From Utricularia gibba (taxonomy: Eukaryota; Plantae; Magnoliophyta): a stretch of DNA of 64,000 bases. The notes beneath the pieces are model-generated. The model saw only the letters and a program-made list of their open reading frames with translations, was not told where the DNA came from and made no database searches. The position numbers were made by a program, and so were the translations under genes. Below, piece by piece: positions 42,607 through 54,451 of the stretch; position 1 is the first letter of the stretch; each line of letters begins with the position of its first letter. The stretch is taken from assembly GCA_002189035.1 (NCBI GenBank), contig CM007989.1:6510001-6574000 (forward strand). Direction: 5' to 3'.

Positions 42607-43643
42607 AATGGTTGGCTGCTCTCTTTATCCATTCCCCATTATTTACTTCTGCTCCCCATTTCCTCCATTATCATTCTATCATAACTCCAACATCAAACCT
42701 GTTTTTTATTTTTTATCAATTATCAAGTATTTTTACATGTTTTTATATCGGCAATGTAATTTCTTTTCTTTTATCATTGAATTCTGTAAAGAATCTGATC
42801 GTGATTCTCAAAATTTTATGAAATTTAATATTAAATTATATTGAACATTTTCTTTGAATGAAATTTTATAATATTGAATTCGAGCCCCAAGTTGTGTTTC
42901 ATCACCAAAAAAAACTCCATTTAGCAATGTGTAAATTTCAGGAAATTTCGAATTTTGGTTTTCTTTCCAAAATATTATGTTTTTGAAAGAGGTTAGATTT
43001 TGAATTAAAAATAAAATCCAGAAATTTTTTCCACTTTTTTATTATTTGTTTTTCAGCCGAAGTCGACCTTTTTATTGTGCTCAGCGAGCTCTTCGAAGTT
43101 GGAACGGTGCAGGAGCAGCAGAGGTCCCCTGGGTTCCAACGGGTGGAAGCGTGATTCGTGTACATGCATGATAGCGTTGTGTGGCTTTGGATTTGCAGTG
43201 TTGATTAAGCTTTTTCCTTTTTCTTTTTCTTGAAGAGTGGGTGGGAACACGCACGCTCTTCGTCGGTGCGATCGCCACCCGCAGATCCACAGGGAAACAA
43301 ATCGCGTCTGATCCCGGTGGGATTTCATTTTTGGGTACTTCTTCTGGCAAATTTGCTGTGGTGCCAACCACTTCTCTTGTTGGATTGTCTTCTTCCCCTT
43401 TCCCTTTTTGTGGGGTTGTGGTGAAAGCGGCGCTGCTGTATTGGGGTTTTGTGAGATTGACATGCGAAATGCTGCAGCGAAGATCTCGTTTTTCTCTCGC
43501 CGTAGCGATGCGTTTTTGCTCCTTGTAGATCCCTTTCGGATCTTTCGCTAACCAACCTCCGAGATTTATTCGTTCGTTGATGCGGTTCCTGGGCTTTCTC
43601 TGAATTGGGGTTTTTACCGTGCTCACTCTCTTTAGCGTCAACA

Positions 43644-45146
43644 ATGTCGACGGCGAAAGTGCCCGGTCGGCTTTTCACGATCGGGATAGTGGCGTCATGG
43701 TATTCTTCCAACATTGGGGTTTTGTTACTGAACAAGTACTTACTGAGCAATTACGGTTTCCAGTATCCGATTTTCTTGACGATGTGCCACATGGCGGCTT
43801 GCTCTTTGCTGAGCTACATCGCTATTATTTGGATGAAGGTTGTCCCGTTGCAGACGATAAAATCTAGAATTCAGTTCATTAAAATATGTGGACTTAGCGC
43901 AATTTTTTGTTTTTCGGTTGTTAGTGGCAATATTTCCCTCAAGTATTTGCCAGTGAGCTTTAACCAGGCTGTTGGCGCTACTACACCATTCTTTACTGCA
44001 ATCTTTGCTTATTTGATGGCCCTGAAGAGAGAGGCATGGTTGACTTACATTACTCTGATACCTGTTGTTGCTGGGGTTATCATTGCCAGTGGGGTACGCA
44101 AGCATATTACTTTTGTTGATTGCTTCCATTGTGTTTCGGTCTTGTTTCATACCTTAATCTGCTGCTGATTGAGCTTTCTTTATGAAATGTTAACTACCTG
44201 GGTTTCCCCATGACTGAGCTTTCTCCACGAAGTGTCAACACCTAAAAGTTCATGTGCCATTTTCCAAGATATATTTCTTGTGATTCGCCCATGTTAACTG
44301 AACTATGGGAAATACCTGAGCTGGCTGAATGCAAAGCTTGCCACTGTGTATAAGATATGGTAGCTTGTTGTGAATGAGATATGGTAGCTTGTTTCTGTAT
44401 TCCATTTACTGTGATGGCTGATTTTCACCAGTATCTAGTCTGAACATGATTTTTTTTGGCATGCTGTTAGGGTGAGCCTAGCTTTCATCTGTTTGGGTTT
44501 ATCATGTGTATTGGTGCAACTGCTGCGAGGGCACTGAAGTCAGTGGTTCAAGGCATTTTGCTTTCTGCAGAAGGGTAACACTTCCTTCACATTTTAGCCA
44601 TTTCACTTGTGATCTGCTCTCATTTACGCTGTTGTGAGACAAGATTCTGATAAGCTGCCGCATTGTGTTGAAGGGAAAAAGTGGATTCTATGAATCTGCT
44701 CTTGTACATGGCTCCTGTGGCTGTCGTGCTTCTACTTCCTGCAACTCTCTTTATGGAAGAAAATGTAGTTGGCGTCACGTTGGCCCTAGCAAGGAACGAC
44801 ATGAGTATTGTTTGGTTACTGCTGTTTAATTCCTCCGTTGCGTATTGTGTAAATTTGACCAATTTTCTGGTAACGAAGCACACAAGTGCTCTTACCCTTC
44901 AGGTACTTTCTCATCCCTTCAGTATTAGTGAATGCCATTCCTGTGTCATTCCTGAAAAAACTTTCCTTTATGCCTTGTTCTTCCTTTTAGGTCCTGGGAA
45001 ATGCCAAGGGAGCATTGGCTGTTGTGATCTCTATACTGATTTTCAGGAACCCCGTGTCCATCACTGGGATGCTTGGGTACTCCCTCACCGTCGCCGGTGT
45101 TGTCCTCTACGGCAAAGCCAAAAAGCAGTCGAAATCAAATGTGTAG
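43644..45146 (+). CDS. UUAT: Nucleotide-sugar transporter of the TPT-like superfamily (UUAT/At3g11320-like)
   Basis: [48 protein letters not shown]...[10 protein letters not shown]...MNLLLYMAP...[23 protein letters not shown]. Four exons. Confidence 0.9.
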
Positions 45147-45512
45147 TTCAGAAAGCAACTGATCCTACACCCTCCCATCTGTTTCTTCTTGTAATATACC
45201 TTGGACAACAATAAAAATTTGTTGACCTATTCTTTTCATGGACACTGTGGGCATGCTGATTCCTGGATTCCCATGGTGCACAAGGCAAGGGCAATTTGCA
45301 GCTTCTTGTATCTTCATTTAGAGGTCCTTTTTGAACTCGTTACTCAAGATATTCTATGAATCTGAGCCACGTTACACAGTTTTAGTGTTTTTGTCATCAC
45401 ACTTGCCTTATAATGAACATGTCAAAAGCCTTTTTCAATGCAAAAGAGGAAGCTCCAACAGGTTGGAGGAACCATGAACATGATCTCTACCGGACTCTGA
45501 GATTCCCATTGC

Positions 45513-46646
45513 TCAAGCTTGGAGAACTGGAGAAATGAGATGTCTAATGAAGAAACAGATGAATCCCAGCAGCATTATGACATTTCCAGAGACTGGTTGT
45601 GATCCAGAGAAACCGAGGTGATACTTCATAGTCAAGTTGGGGTGCATGATTCCCCATTCTCTGCTGACATTGGGCACATCGAACAACTGAAAGATATAAG
45701 TTGCAGCAGGTCCTTCTTTCCTCAATGGCGTCCCAGGAGCTGTTCTCTGATGTGCAGTCAATTGCTTCAAGTAAATTTCAGCATAGTTTCCAGCAGGTGA
45801 TTCAACGTCATGCTCACACGGCCACCCAGTTTCAGTCACAATTACAGGGATATTCTCTTCGCCGGAGATAGCCATGGCTGCTATGACTGAATCCACCATC
45901 ATATCAAACAGATTCCAGTACCTGGCTCCGGTGACTGGATCATCCCTGAAGTTGAAAGAGTTTTCCTGGAACAAAGCGTAGCTAACTGGGATCTCTGGAT
46001 CGTCTTTGAAAATCTGGTATGGGTACAGATTGATTAAGAACGAAGAGTTGGTTTCAGAGAGGAACTTGAGAAAGGGGCGCATGACCAGGGATCCTATGGG
46101 CTCTACGTATTCGGCGGACGACGGCGGGAACCCAGTTGCTAATATGTCGATGAAGGAGAAAGTTGTGGAAACGGGAATCGAGCGTATCCCGAGTTGGATT
46201 AGTGAGAGGTGGAGGTTGCGAACGGCGGGGAGGAGTACGGCGGATGAATCGAGGGTGGCATCGGCAGCGCCGGAGGTGATGAAATCAGAGCCGACGGAGA
46301 TGATAGAGATACGAGTGCGGGGATGATACGGGAGGACGTAGGAATGTACCCAAATATCGGCCGCGGAGCGGTTGGCGGCGAATGCAGGGACGAGTTCGTT
46401 TGGAGTGGTGAGGAGGATGCTGATGTTGGTGTACGCGAAGGCGCGTACGACGGCGGGGGTGGGCTGTAGCAGGCGGACAGCGGATATGCGAAGCGATTGA
46501 ATGGCAGGGACGACATGCTCCGGAGGTGGAATGCCGGAGATGGAAGCGTCATAAGTGACTCCGACGACCACACCTGAGGCTGAAGCGGCAGCCGAAAGGA
46601 AGAAACACATGATGGTAAAGAAGAGAGTAGGCGCGGAAGTAGACAT
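45513..46646 (-). CDS. GH17 glucan endo-1,3-beta-glucosidase-like protein, intronless, signal peptide plus C-terminal hydrophobic tail (At3g55780-like)
   Basis: 377-aa ORF with VGVTY, INLYPY, YWNLFDMMVDSV, VIVTETGWP, YIFQLFD, WGI motifs. The acid/base motif reads VGSD instead of VGNE. Confidence 0.92.
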   Translation of the reverse strand: MSTSAPTLFFTIMCFFLSAAASASGVVVGVTYDASISGIPPPEHVVPAIQSLRISAVRLLQPTPAVVRAFAYTNISILLTTPNELVPAFAANRSAADIWVHSYVLPYHPRTRISIISVGSDFITSGAADATLDSSAVLLPAVRNLHLSLIQLGIRSIPVSTTFSFIDILATGFPPSSAEYVEPIGSLVMRPFLKFLSETNSSFLINLYPYQIFKDDPEIPVSYALFQENSFNFRDDPVTGARYWNLFDMMVDSVIAAMAISGEENIPVIVTETGWPCEHDVESPAGNYAEIYLKQLTAHQRTAPGTPLRKEGPAATYIFQLFDVPNVSREWGIMHPNLTMKYHLGFSGSQPVSGNVIMLLGFICFFIRHLISPVLQA

Positions 46647-47164
46647 TGCAGGCAGAACTGAAGACGCATAGGCTGTAGAAGAAACAGAGTTAGTTAGAAT
46701 AGATCAAGATGGTGCAGTCATGGCGGAATCTCCTTCCGTTTCAGTCTCACTCCGTGTACTTCAGCCTCCACGAAGGAAGAGAATCTCCAACCGTCACTTG
46801 GGCTTCTCCGGTACCCGCTCCACGAGGAAGGTAGCCCAATGCAATTATCGTGCCTGCTCACAAAAAATTAATTTAACAGAAAAAAATACGTGTTTAAATA
46901 AATCACCTTTATAATTTTTCTTTTAAGAGAATACTTTCCATTTAGATGTATAAAACTACGATCAAAATTCAATATAATTATCAGTATTTTAAATTTATTT
47001 AATCCCACCGGCTAAATATTGTCTTGATTTCACATAATTTATAAACAATTTTTTAAAAATAAATAATAAATAAACGATTAATCGAAACTTAAATAGGAAA
47101 AATAAAAAAAATGAGAAAAAGTGAGACGGGTTGGGAGGAAAAACTATAATAGATAGTGTATTAC

Positions 47165-47217
47165 ATCCCACATCGGAAATAAGGAGCGTCAGGATGGGAG
47201 GCGTGGCAGTATTTAAA
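47165..47217 (+). promoter_or_regulatory. Plant snRNA promoter: USE plus TATA, Pol II spacing
   Basis: USE ATCCCACATCG at 47165-47175 and TATTTAAA at 47210-47217. The gap of about 34 bp is Pol II type, and the TATA lies about 31 nt before the U1 start. Confidence 0.9.
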
Positions 47218-47240
47218 GAGATGGGCATGCAACGGGTAAC

Positions 47241-47402
47241 ATACTTACCTGGACGGGGTCGATGGGAGATCAGGAAGTCTCATGGCCTGGGTTGGCGGCC
47301 TCCATTGCACTTGGGAGGGGCGCCCGCCCAAGGTCGGCCCAAGTGGTCGAGCCTACGTCATAATTTGTGGTAGAGGGGGCCTGCGTCCGCGCGGCCCCTG
47401 CC
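47241..47402 (+). ncRNA. U1: U1 spliceosomal snRNA
   Basis: 5' ATACTTACCTG, stem-loop I loop GATCAGGAAG, stem-loop II loop ATTGCAC, Sm site AATTTGTG, terminal GC hairpin GGGGCC...GGCCCC. Confidence 0.97.
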
Positions 47403-47983
47403 CAATTCTAATCAAGCGTTTTTTCGCTTAACGGGTAATTCATGAATCACGTGAACTATGGAATATGTTTTTTCAATGAATCTAATTATTTAAAGAAAGT
47501 CATATCTGATGATGCCTCTTCTACAATTTTCCCCAATTTTTATCAATTATAATGAGTTTAACTTTGTAATAGACATGGTGATGGGTCTCTGGTACACAAA
47601 TTTAAAAAGAAAAATATGGCCAAGCAATATTTCATTCATGACCGTTTTCCTATGTAAATACACTTAACTCTCATTCATTATCATCCCCTTGTATATTAAA
47701 TTGATTTTCAAGGATAGAATAAAAAAAAGAAGTAGATTGTTTTTTCCTATTCATGTCTTTTATTCAATAGAATTTTCAGAAAAAATGAAAAAAAAGAGAG
47801 TAAAACTTAAAAATTTTATTAAGATAAATTTATTTATATTCACTATAATAAAGGGAAACTTTTATCCAAAATAATCGTGAACATAGTTTGTTTGTGTAGT
47901 TATTATTTATCGTATGTTTTGTGGTCGAAACTAAGTGGATCTTTCATATCAAAAAATATATTGGTAAATAACATATTCTCTTG

Positions 47984-48260
47984 ATGGATATTAAAATCAT
48001 AGACATCAAGACTAACAATATGATCAAATTAAATAATACAAATTATCTCTTGTGGAAATAAAAAATGAAAGATTTGTTTTTTATCATGAAAATGCATCTA
48101 CTTGTATTAGCAAAAATAAATTAGAATAAAAAACTGATAAATAATGAGATTTCAAGTATCCACAATCCTATGATTTTATTCACTAATTTGTTGAAAAAAA
48201 TGTGTATCATCATGCTATTAACAAGATACATGCAAAGAATTTAATTTAATTGTGCACATA
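47984..48260 (+). pseudogene. Ty1/copia (Tnt1/Tork-like) gag fossil
   Basis: Hand translation MIKLNNTNYLLWK*KMKDLFFIMKMHL ... FVEKNVYHHAINKIHAKNL resembles the Tnt1-type gag N-terminus (MIxLNGTNYxxWKxKMEDLL...). Confidence 0.55.
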
Positions 48261-49139
48261 ATATCTCTATTAATGAAGCTTATTTTGTTTTTGGATCCAA
48301 ACACACTAAATATACTATTTTGTTGGAATTTCTAATTTTGGAAAAAAAAATTACTTTATCACATTGTTAGTTGAAAAGGAGTTCAACTTGTTTATTTGAG
48401 ATATCAATTCATTAGCTTTGATGTGCTTTAGAATGAGATGGGTCTCGCGCATACACAGAGTTTTAATTTATTAGATTGTGTTGAACATCTGAAAGTCTAT
48501 GAAACCCAAAAAGACTACACACATGGGGGTCCCAAAAGCATCTCGCATGTGCGAACCAAACTCATGTTTTGCTTTATTTTGCCTCGAGTCCATTAGGGTT
48601 AGAATTAACATATATATTCGATTAATTTTTGAGATCAATAAGAGTAATTTTCAAAGAACTTTTTGATTCTGGAGGATCCAAAATTTATGTAGGACAATAT
48701 TTTATGTGCATGAGGTTTGATGTTCTCTTCTTCTTCGTGTTCGATTTATAATATGTTTTGTGGATTTAAATAATTCATCATAATTAGTAGGATATTTATT
48801 AATGTTGATATGTCAATCATCATTGGCATCTAGTTGCAACATTTGAACAATATTTACTTGTTAAATTTGGATTTTTTATGATACAAAGGTAACAATAATC
48901 GAAGACCCTATACATTTACCACATAATGTATAATTTATATTAAGTTGTGTTTATAGTAATGATAGAATATGAATTAAAATAAAATTTGTATTTAATATTA
49001 TATTAAATAAAATATTTAATTACTTAATAAGTAAATTCATATATATTTTGAAAAAAACATAAAATACTAAAAACATGAATAACAAACAAAAAAATGAATT
49101 CATCAAAAACATATTGTTGTACGCAATTGATATCAAACA

Positions 49140-49650
49140 ATAAACTAACCACAAAACAAGAAAATAGACATCGAAATATTACGTAGTTGTTGTCAAGTCG
49201 ATATCAGACAATAAATTTGACCGTAAAAATCAAGAAAATAGACATCGATATTTAACGTGGTTCACCCTAAAATAAGGGCTATGTCCACATCCAATTTCGA
49301 GAAAAATTCACTATTAACCACAGTAAATATAAATAGATTTACTCTGGTAAACTATCGGGTTTTACTCTCTCTTTCTACCTTTTTTCCAAAAACTCTATCG
49401 GGCAAAAAACATGAATAAGAAAGAATATAATCTTTCACCTTCCCTATTCTATCTCCGGAAATCGAAAACTCACTCAAAACACCTAAAAGTATATAACTTC
49501 TCATTGTGTGTCTTGTGGGGGGAGAGTTCTACTCTATTTATAAAGGGGAGCACACGCCACCCTTGAAGGGTTGGTGTGCTAACCCCCACATATTTCCTTC
49601 TTTTTTTATATATTTTAGTGTAGGCCCTATCAGTAGTTCACTTCAAAATA
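49140..49650 (-). mobile_element. Copia-type LTR fragment or solo LTR, inverted orientation (boundaries approximate)
   Basis: The reverse complement of about 49215-49290 (gtggacatagcccttattttagggtgaaccacg) resembles 51360-51400 (gtggatataacccttattttaagatgaatcac). The TATA context ctcccctttataaatag matches tctcctttataaatag at about 51075. Confidence 0.55.
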
Positions 49651-50354
49651 AAAGTTAGATACACAATCAAGTTCGAGAAAAATTGATTATTTATTACAAT
49701 AAATACAAACAAATTTACTCCATCACATTAATGAGTTTGTCATTTTCCAAAAATTTCATCATGTAAGAGACATAAATAGAAAAAAATATTTTATTTCTTT
49801 TTTATCTATTCTACCACAAAAAGTACTTGATTTTAATATGATATAATATGATTGGTTGGATATGTGAGATACATCGAATGGAAGAACGTTCTTCTCTATT
49901 CATAAAGAAGAATACGCCAACCAATGCTGAAAGTTTGGTTAGCTAACAATTGAATGTCTATTTTTTAGTTATATGGGTTTCACTTTGAACATTTTTCTCA
50001 ACAACACTAGTAACATTGATACAAATCTTTGCTTATGTTGTATAAAGCTTATTAAGTTTTTTTAGTGGCAAAAACCAATGAAACTTTAGTCAACTTTCAT
50101 CGGTTATCATTGAAATTCATGACATAATCTTCACAATTATGATGGTGAACTTAGATAAGATTCAATTACATGCCTTTTATATGCTTCACATTTATTAAGA
50201 TCAACTTCATTCCCTTGTTGGTCCATTAGTAAATATCTCATATACCTATAGTTTTCAATAGTTGTCAATTTCTCATTTTTATAGTGTACAATCCCATGCT
50301 GTATAAAATGAAAAAAAACTCTTTCCGTAATCTCACATGAAAAGTGGCATGATC

Positions 50355-51430
50355 GGATATCACTAATGCAATTGGAGTTGTAAGCATATTTTTTTCTGAT
50401 CTAGGGAATGATCATTAGCCTATGGTGAAATGGATTTTAAGATAGGATTTTCAAGCATGTATTTATGCTTTGGAATGAGGAAGTTGTGTTGAAAAGATGC
50501 ACAAATGCTGACTTAGCTTGTAATGTTGATGGTCGAAAATGAACATCAGTATATCTATTTACATTGATAGGGGTAGATGTGTCTTGGAGGTCAACATTGT
50601 AAAAATTTGTTGTTTTATCTTTCATAGAAGTAGAATATATTATAGTTATTAAGTCTCGTATAGAATTGATGTATATGAAAAAGTTCTTGCGAGAACTTGA
50701 TGTGAAGTAGGTGAATTATAAATTATTTTCTAACAGTCAAATTGATATTCATTAGTCAAGAATACTTAATTTCACTCAAGATCAAAATATATTGATTCAC
50801 ATTGTCAATAGATCAAGGATGTTCTAGAAAAAAAGCACTTGTAATTAAAAAAGATTTATACTGAAGAAAATGGATCATATATGATGACGAAGACACTTTC
50901 GAAAGAAATCTTTAAATTTTGTAGAACAGTTATTGAGTTGAACAACTCATCTATTTATTGAAAGGGGAGAATTGATGGATGTGTCCCTCCATATAAGATT
51001 TACATCAATTAAAAAAATGATGAATGATATATGCGGTTGGTTCATTATCTAATTTGTTAAGGTTAGGTGACGATTCTCCTTTATAAATAGAGTATAACTC
51101 TCTCCCACTTCAGCATCATAGTATACCAACATCAATTGATTAGCTCATCGATCAAATTTGGTGTGAGTTCTTTAAGAACTCAAGTGTTTATAAAAGAAGA
51201 ATTGAAAAATAAGAAAATGAGTACTATTGCATATTCGTGTTACTTGCGTGATATAGTTTTCTGGGAGAGTGTAAAATAAAACGTCAAATCGGATAATTTA
51301 TCAGAGTAAATATATCTGTATTAATTATGAAAAATAATAAATTTTTCTTATAGTTACATGTGGATATAACCCTTATTTTAAGATGAATCACATAAAATTT
51401 CTCTGTCTATTTTTGTAATTTTATGATTAA
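50355..51430 (+). mobile_element. Degenerate Ty1/copia (Tnt1/Tork-like) 3' end: RT tail, RNase H, PPT, 3' LTR
   Basis: RSDITNAIGVVSIFFSDLGNDH*PMVKWILR (cf. RPDIAHAVGVVSRF.SNPG..HW.AVKWILR), DGRK*TSVYLFT, VSWRSTL, EVEYI, with many stops. PPT gaaaggggagaat at 50960-50972, followed by TG at 50973. Confidence 0.75.
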
Positions 51431-52628
51431 TTTATTGATTGATATTGATTACGTATAATAGATTGTATTCAAGAATCTCAATGCCCGATTCATGGAGGGG
51501 GTGCATATGCTTGATTGAGTGTTGGTGCAAAGGATTTGACTTTTTAGTGTTTTTTCTAGAACACATTTCCCTTTTCCTCTTCCACCTCCACGCCATTGTC
51601 TGCTCCGAACATAAGAAAGGAGTAAGACTGGAAGAGGAAGCATCGACTTCAACCTTCGTTGCTTCAAATTTGGGCCTCTCAGGAAAAAGCCATCGCGGGC
51701 CAGCCCACCCGTGCAAGAACCTGGTCTGTACAAAAACCCGGCCCTAGTCCAGGTCCATTTTGTTGGGAAGTTGTGATGCTTTCGTTCTCTAGATTGCTGT
51801 TGGGTGTGATGAAGGCGCTCGTGTATGAAGAATAAACGCTTGTTCACCAAGCTTTATCCAGAGGCAACCGGAGGCTTGTTTCTTCTGTCGGCGAAAGGAA
51901 ACGACACAGGTGTGGCACCTATTGTTAGCCTGACTTATGTTTGTTTACTTTTCGTTTGATGATCAATGATTTCCTGCCCCGAGATTTTCGCTGTCTGGGT
52001 TTTTCTTGCTATTGCTTATTGATGGATTCTGGGCGATTTGGAAATGCCTTGATTGTTGGAATTTTTGCATCATGTAATAATTTGTGCTACACCGTAAGTT
52101 TTTAACTCTCCAATCTTTTCCATTTTGCCTTTTTTTTTTTTGCTTGATTTTTTGGGCATGCGGTTCCATATTATGATTTTCATTTGCTATGATGGAGGAG
52201 TTACATGGGCTTATTATTGATGTTGGTAGTGCGTGATTTCAATGGCGTTCCATTGTACACACGAAAATAAGATAAGTCCTAATGGAATCATGGTGCATCC
52301 GCATGCTTGGATTGGGGATTCTTTGAAAACGGACAATAAACTTTGACTTCTCTTTTCATGCTGAGGCTTTTTTGGCGAAGGTGACACTGTCCGTGCAGTG
52401 CAAAACAATTGTTTTTTTGTTTTTTTTTTTTTTTGAAAATCTGCTTTCTGATTTTTTTTTTTTAATCTTTTGGATCTTACTCTGGCCGATGATATCAAAT
52501 TCTATGGTTTAATGTCGTTCTTTTGTTTATTAATTTTAAATTTATAGGATATTTGAGCTTCTGGGATTTTTTCTATCTCCCACTGCAAGTTCGTTGGGTT
52601 CAATTATCTTCTGGGAGTGGAAAAGAGC

Positions 52629-54137
52629 ATGAGTGGAGGCGATGAGGATGGCACTAGAACCACTGATTCATCTTGTGCAGAGGCAATTTCTTTTCCAGTG
52701 AGTTTGAAACCTGATTGTCCTGATCATGTGAAGCAAGTCGATGGAAGTACTTCGTCCACTAGAAGTGCCAATGCGGTGAACAATGATGTTAATAAAGCTA
52801 AATCTTGCAAAGGCTGCCTTTACTATTCCTCTCGTTTGAAAGCAGATTCCCGGAACCCTGTCTGTGTTGGTCTCACGCGGTCTCTTCCCCAAGGTAGTTG
52901 CCCTAAATCTCCAGTCTGTGAATTTTATCTTGGTTAAATGACACGTCTTCTTTATTTTTCTATGTAAAAATAATGGATTTTGAGGTCCCAGGTTTTCAAA
53001 ATTCTTGAGCTTCTATATCTGATATTGTTCCTAAACTTCATCGTCTTTTTGGTTACAATTTACGTTATATTGCAGTACCTCAGTATATAATTGGCCAGTC
53101 AGAGATGGAGGCTAGTAAAGAGGGTAGGAGCCTTACGGATTTCAGATATGCCTGCGTTGGTTATTCTTTGTTTGTTGACCGAAAGAAAGAGGGTGCTTCT
53201 GGGCAAGAGGCTGAAACTGACTTGCCTGTTTGTGTCGGTCTGGAGGTTAGTGTTCTAGTCTTTTCTCTGGATGTCAATCCTGGTTGGATCATGGATGGCT
53301 ATTAGTGAAGAAGAGATTAGCTAGACTATGTAGAGGCTAAATCAAACTGTAGGTTCTTTATGGCTTTGGTTCAAAAAAGGCTGTGTTTCCTTTCGTTCGT
53401 TGAACATGGAACTGAATCTTCTATATCATTGGCGCTTCTGGTTTAGAGGTGTTGCATTGCTAGTATCTTATTATTGTAAAGAATTCTGTTTTAAGATTTA
53501 TGATACCAACTTCTATGGGTTTTCCATTCTTTTAAGATACAAGAAACTCATTCAGTTTGTTAATGTCTCCTCTTGGTGTCATTTGTATAGATGCTTGTGG
53601 ATCGAAGAGTTGTCACTGCTGATTCTGCGAAAGCCCCCACAACTACTCTTTATGACAGGGAAAACAGTCAAGGTAACTTTACCTTGTTTCCCTTGGATTT
53701 TACTCTGCTGAATGCATATTCAAATATGGAACTGTTTCTCATTCATTGGTGTGACGCAGTTGTTGAATGGATTTACCTTCTTTTGAGCATCATTGAGGTA
53801 GTGATTTTTTTTTATTTTTTTTTTTTGTCATAGACGGCCGTGGATCGCCTCAGCATCGCTCACCAAAGTCATCGAATTCTGCCGCTGAAGATTATTTTGT
53901 CAGGTATGCATTTGGACCCTGAGCTTACACTTGTTTTTAGTCGAGCAAAAAAACCATATGCCATGCAACTTTGTCATCACACTCTGCTGCTTACTGCTGC
54001 AAGATTTTTTTGCATCTGAACGCAGGTTCACTAGAAATGCCAACCTTGTAGCAAATGCCGTCGCCAAAAACATCTGCAAAGTCGGAAACCAAATCAAGCA
54101 CAGTCTTGACGAAATATTGGATCGACGACCAAAATGA
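52629..54137 (+). CDS. Conserved uncharacterised plant protein (At3g51100-like)
   Basis: Five in-frame GT-AG exons: KSCKGCLYYSS..K...NPVCVG, FRYACVGYS, LPVCVGLE, RFTRNANLVANAVAKN..KVG..IK. Probable long 5' leader from about 51770 behind site II motifs at 51668-51710. Confidence 0.85.
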
Positions 54138-54451
54138 TCTTGATCTACATTCTGTGATCCTTTGTCATGGTTATGGAACAAGGAACCAGCACCAGCATTG
54201 TGAAGATATGCACTGCTTGCACTATGATTCCTCTTTGTGCCCCTTGTTCTCTAGTCCACACCAGAGAGCAAGGGAGTAGTACACTTTAGAGTAATGGCTA
54301 GACATGTGCAAGATGGTGTTTTTCTTTCCTCATTTCCATGAAAAGACTAGAGCTAATGCATCAGGCCACCAAATGTTATGCACAACAAGAAGAAGCAAGA
54401 GAGGGGGTTCCTCAGCCTCAGCCACAAATGATAACCAGAACTGTGACAAGA

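Noticed and set aside
43053-43750. Several overlapping 95-187-aa ORFs on both strands upstream of the transporter
   Set aside because: Low-complexity leader/promoter sequence with mostly non-ATG starts and no recognisable domains.
46006-46669. Pro/Ser-rich plus-strand ORFs (106 and 156 aa)
   Set aside because: Antisense shadows of the GC-rich GH17 coding sequence.
51574-51640. 11-bp inverted repeat TTCCTCTTCCA/TGGAAGAGGAA
   Set aside because: The stem is short and low-complexity with poor inner pairing, and matches no miRNA I know.
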